Below, piece after piece: positions 30,995 to 32,000 of a DNA stretch of 32,000 bases. The stretch covers positions 1,710,001 through 1,742,000 of the forward strand of contig NC_017080.1 in the NCBI RefSeq assembly GCF_000284115.1, written 5' to 3'. Position 1 is the stretch's first letter, and every line of letters begins with the position of its first letter. Under the pieces are notes generated by a model. It was not told where the DNA came from and made no database searches. It saw only the letters and a list, made by a program, of their open reading frames with translations. Source of the DNA: Phycisphaera mikurensis NBRC 102666. GTDB taxonomy: Bacteria > Planctomycetota > Phycisphaerae > Phycisphaerales > Phycisphaeraceae. The position numbers were made by a program, and so were the translations under genes.

Positions 30995-31386
30995 CCACCC
31001 GCTCCGCCGCGTGCCGCTCGCTGCATGGGACTTCCGCCGCCACGCCGCCGCCGCCACCGCCGCCTCGGGCACCGACCCCTTCACGCGGGGAGGCCCGTCC
31101 GCCTGCGTGCCCACCGGCCGCGGCGCGGGCTTCGCATGCCGTCGATTCCGCTCTACGCCCGCCGCAGCGTTGCCGTTCCGGCCAGCGGCCGGGCGTTGGT
31201 GCTCCGCCGACACCGCCTCGAGAAGGATCGGCTGAGGGGCGCACCGGCGTAAGCGGCAGGCCGCGCTCGGGACACGCCCTGCACCCGCGGCGGCGTTTCG
31301 CGATGCTCGGGAACCCCGGCGGCACCCGCGTCGTCCAACCCGCGATCCGGAGACCCGCTCCGGCCCGCGCCCGCCCGAACCGAACC

Positions 31387-32000
31387 ATGCACCCCTGCTC
31401 CGCCCTCCGCTTCGCCGTCGCCCTCGCCCTTCCCGCCCTCTCCCTCCACGCCGAGCCCGCCGACCTGCCGCTGGATGCCATCACGCTGTACTCCAGCGGG
31501 GTCGGGCACTACCGCCACGCGGGCGCGGTGCCGGCCGGCGGCGAGGTGACGCTGAACCTCGACGCGGAGGAGCTCAACGACGCGCTGAAGAGCCTCACCG
31601 TCGGCGGGCTCGGCGGCAGCGGCGGGGTCAGCGTGAGCTACCCCGGGCAGGCGGGCGTCGATCAGCGGCTGGCCGCCTTCGGCGTGGACGTCCGCGGCGT
31701 CGGCAGCCGGGCGGCGCTGCTGGATCGGCTCCGGGGCGTGCCGGTGACGGTCACCCTCGGCACCGGCGAGGCCCGCTCCGGCCGCGTGCTGGCGGTCGAA
31801 GAGCGCGAGGTGAGCGGCGGCGACGAGACGCCGGCGACCTCCCGACGCGTGCTCACGCTGGTGAGCGGCTCGGGCATCGTCGACGTCGACCTCGAGAAAG
31901 TCGGCGGGCTGACCATCGAGGACGAGCGGCTGGCCGGCGAGCTGAAGGCAGCGCTGGAGCTGCTCGCGTCGCAGCGCGACACCCGCACCAAGCCGCTGAC
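31387..32000 (+). CDS. secreted hypothetical protein, 5' partial in window (runs off the right edge)
   Basis: ATG 31387 gives the signal peptide MHPCSALRFAVALALPALSLHAEPAD. The frame stays open to base 32000 with high GC3 and protein-like sequence (ITLYSSGVGHYRHAGAV...LNDALKSLTV, possibly DUF4139/4140-like). It is absent from the track only because it has no stop. Confidence 0.65.
   Translation, partial: MHPCSALRFAVALALPALSLHAEPADLPLDAITLYSSGVGHYRHAGAVPAGGEVTLNLDAEELNDALKSLTVGGLGGSGGVSVSYPGQAGVDQRLAAFGVDVRGVGSRAALLDRLRGVPVTVTLGTGEARSGRVLAVEEREVSGGDETPATSRRVLTLVSGSGIVDVDLEKVGGLTIEDERLAGELKAALELLASQRDTRTKPL

Overview
Very GC-rich bacterial chromosomal segment (by eye over 70% G+C, strong G/C third-codon bias; this bias produces the long spurious antisense ORFs in the track). 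Two prepilin-type/DUF1559-like proteins (FTLVELLVV / [10 protein letters not shown]-termini), a PEP-CTERM protein and a futalosine-type radical SAM enzyme suggest a Planctomycetota (Phycisphaerae-like) origin; this is inference only. I support about 27 protein genes, mostly housekeeping. On the + strand, 532-8521 holds a PEP-CTERM protein (frameshifted), a pseudopilin, a BFD-like 2Fe-2S protein, PilT, a membrane-anchored degenerate GspE/PilB-like protein, a CvpA-domain protein and MurD. The rest are a second pseudopilin, TrkH, an FMN reductase, ArgB, an ABC-2 exporter pair, a 1048-aa DUF748/AsmA-like protein, an ABC-F ATPase, an LpxL-like acyltransferase, a TM/coiled-coil protein, a zinc-ribbon/SHOCT protein, moaA-moaD-moaE-moeA, an MqnC/MqnE-family enzyme and a partial secreted protein. 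I recognised no rRNA, tRNA, CRISPR array, transposase or integrase. The unusual content is mostly repeat DNA. (1) A 46-bp element, CCGCGGACCG-N26-CGGTCCGCGG, occurs seven times at identical geometry, four times inside conserved CDSs (murD twice, two ABC ATPases). (2) Arrays of degenerate 8-bp purine-rich units (GAAGCGRA / GAGACGAA) fill at least four intergenic junctions, and one sits where a permease start codon should be. (3) A roughly 107-bp tandem repeat of 5-6 units, each with two perfect 17-bp palindromes, lies between convergent argB and the ABC-2 permease. (4) PilT is translationally coupled to a GspE-like protein that has three TM helices and no intact Walker A, Walker B or His box. 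Start codons are my best reading and several are uncertain.
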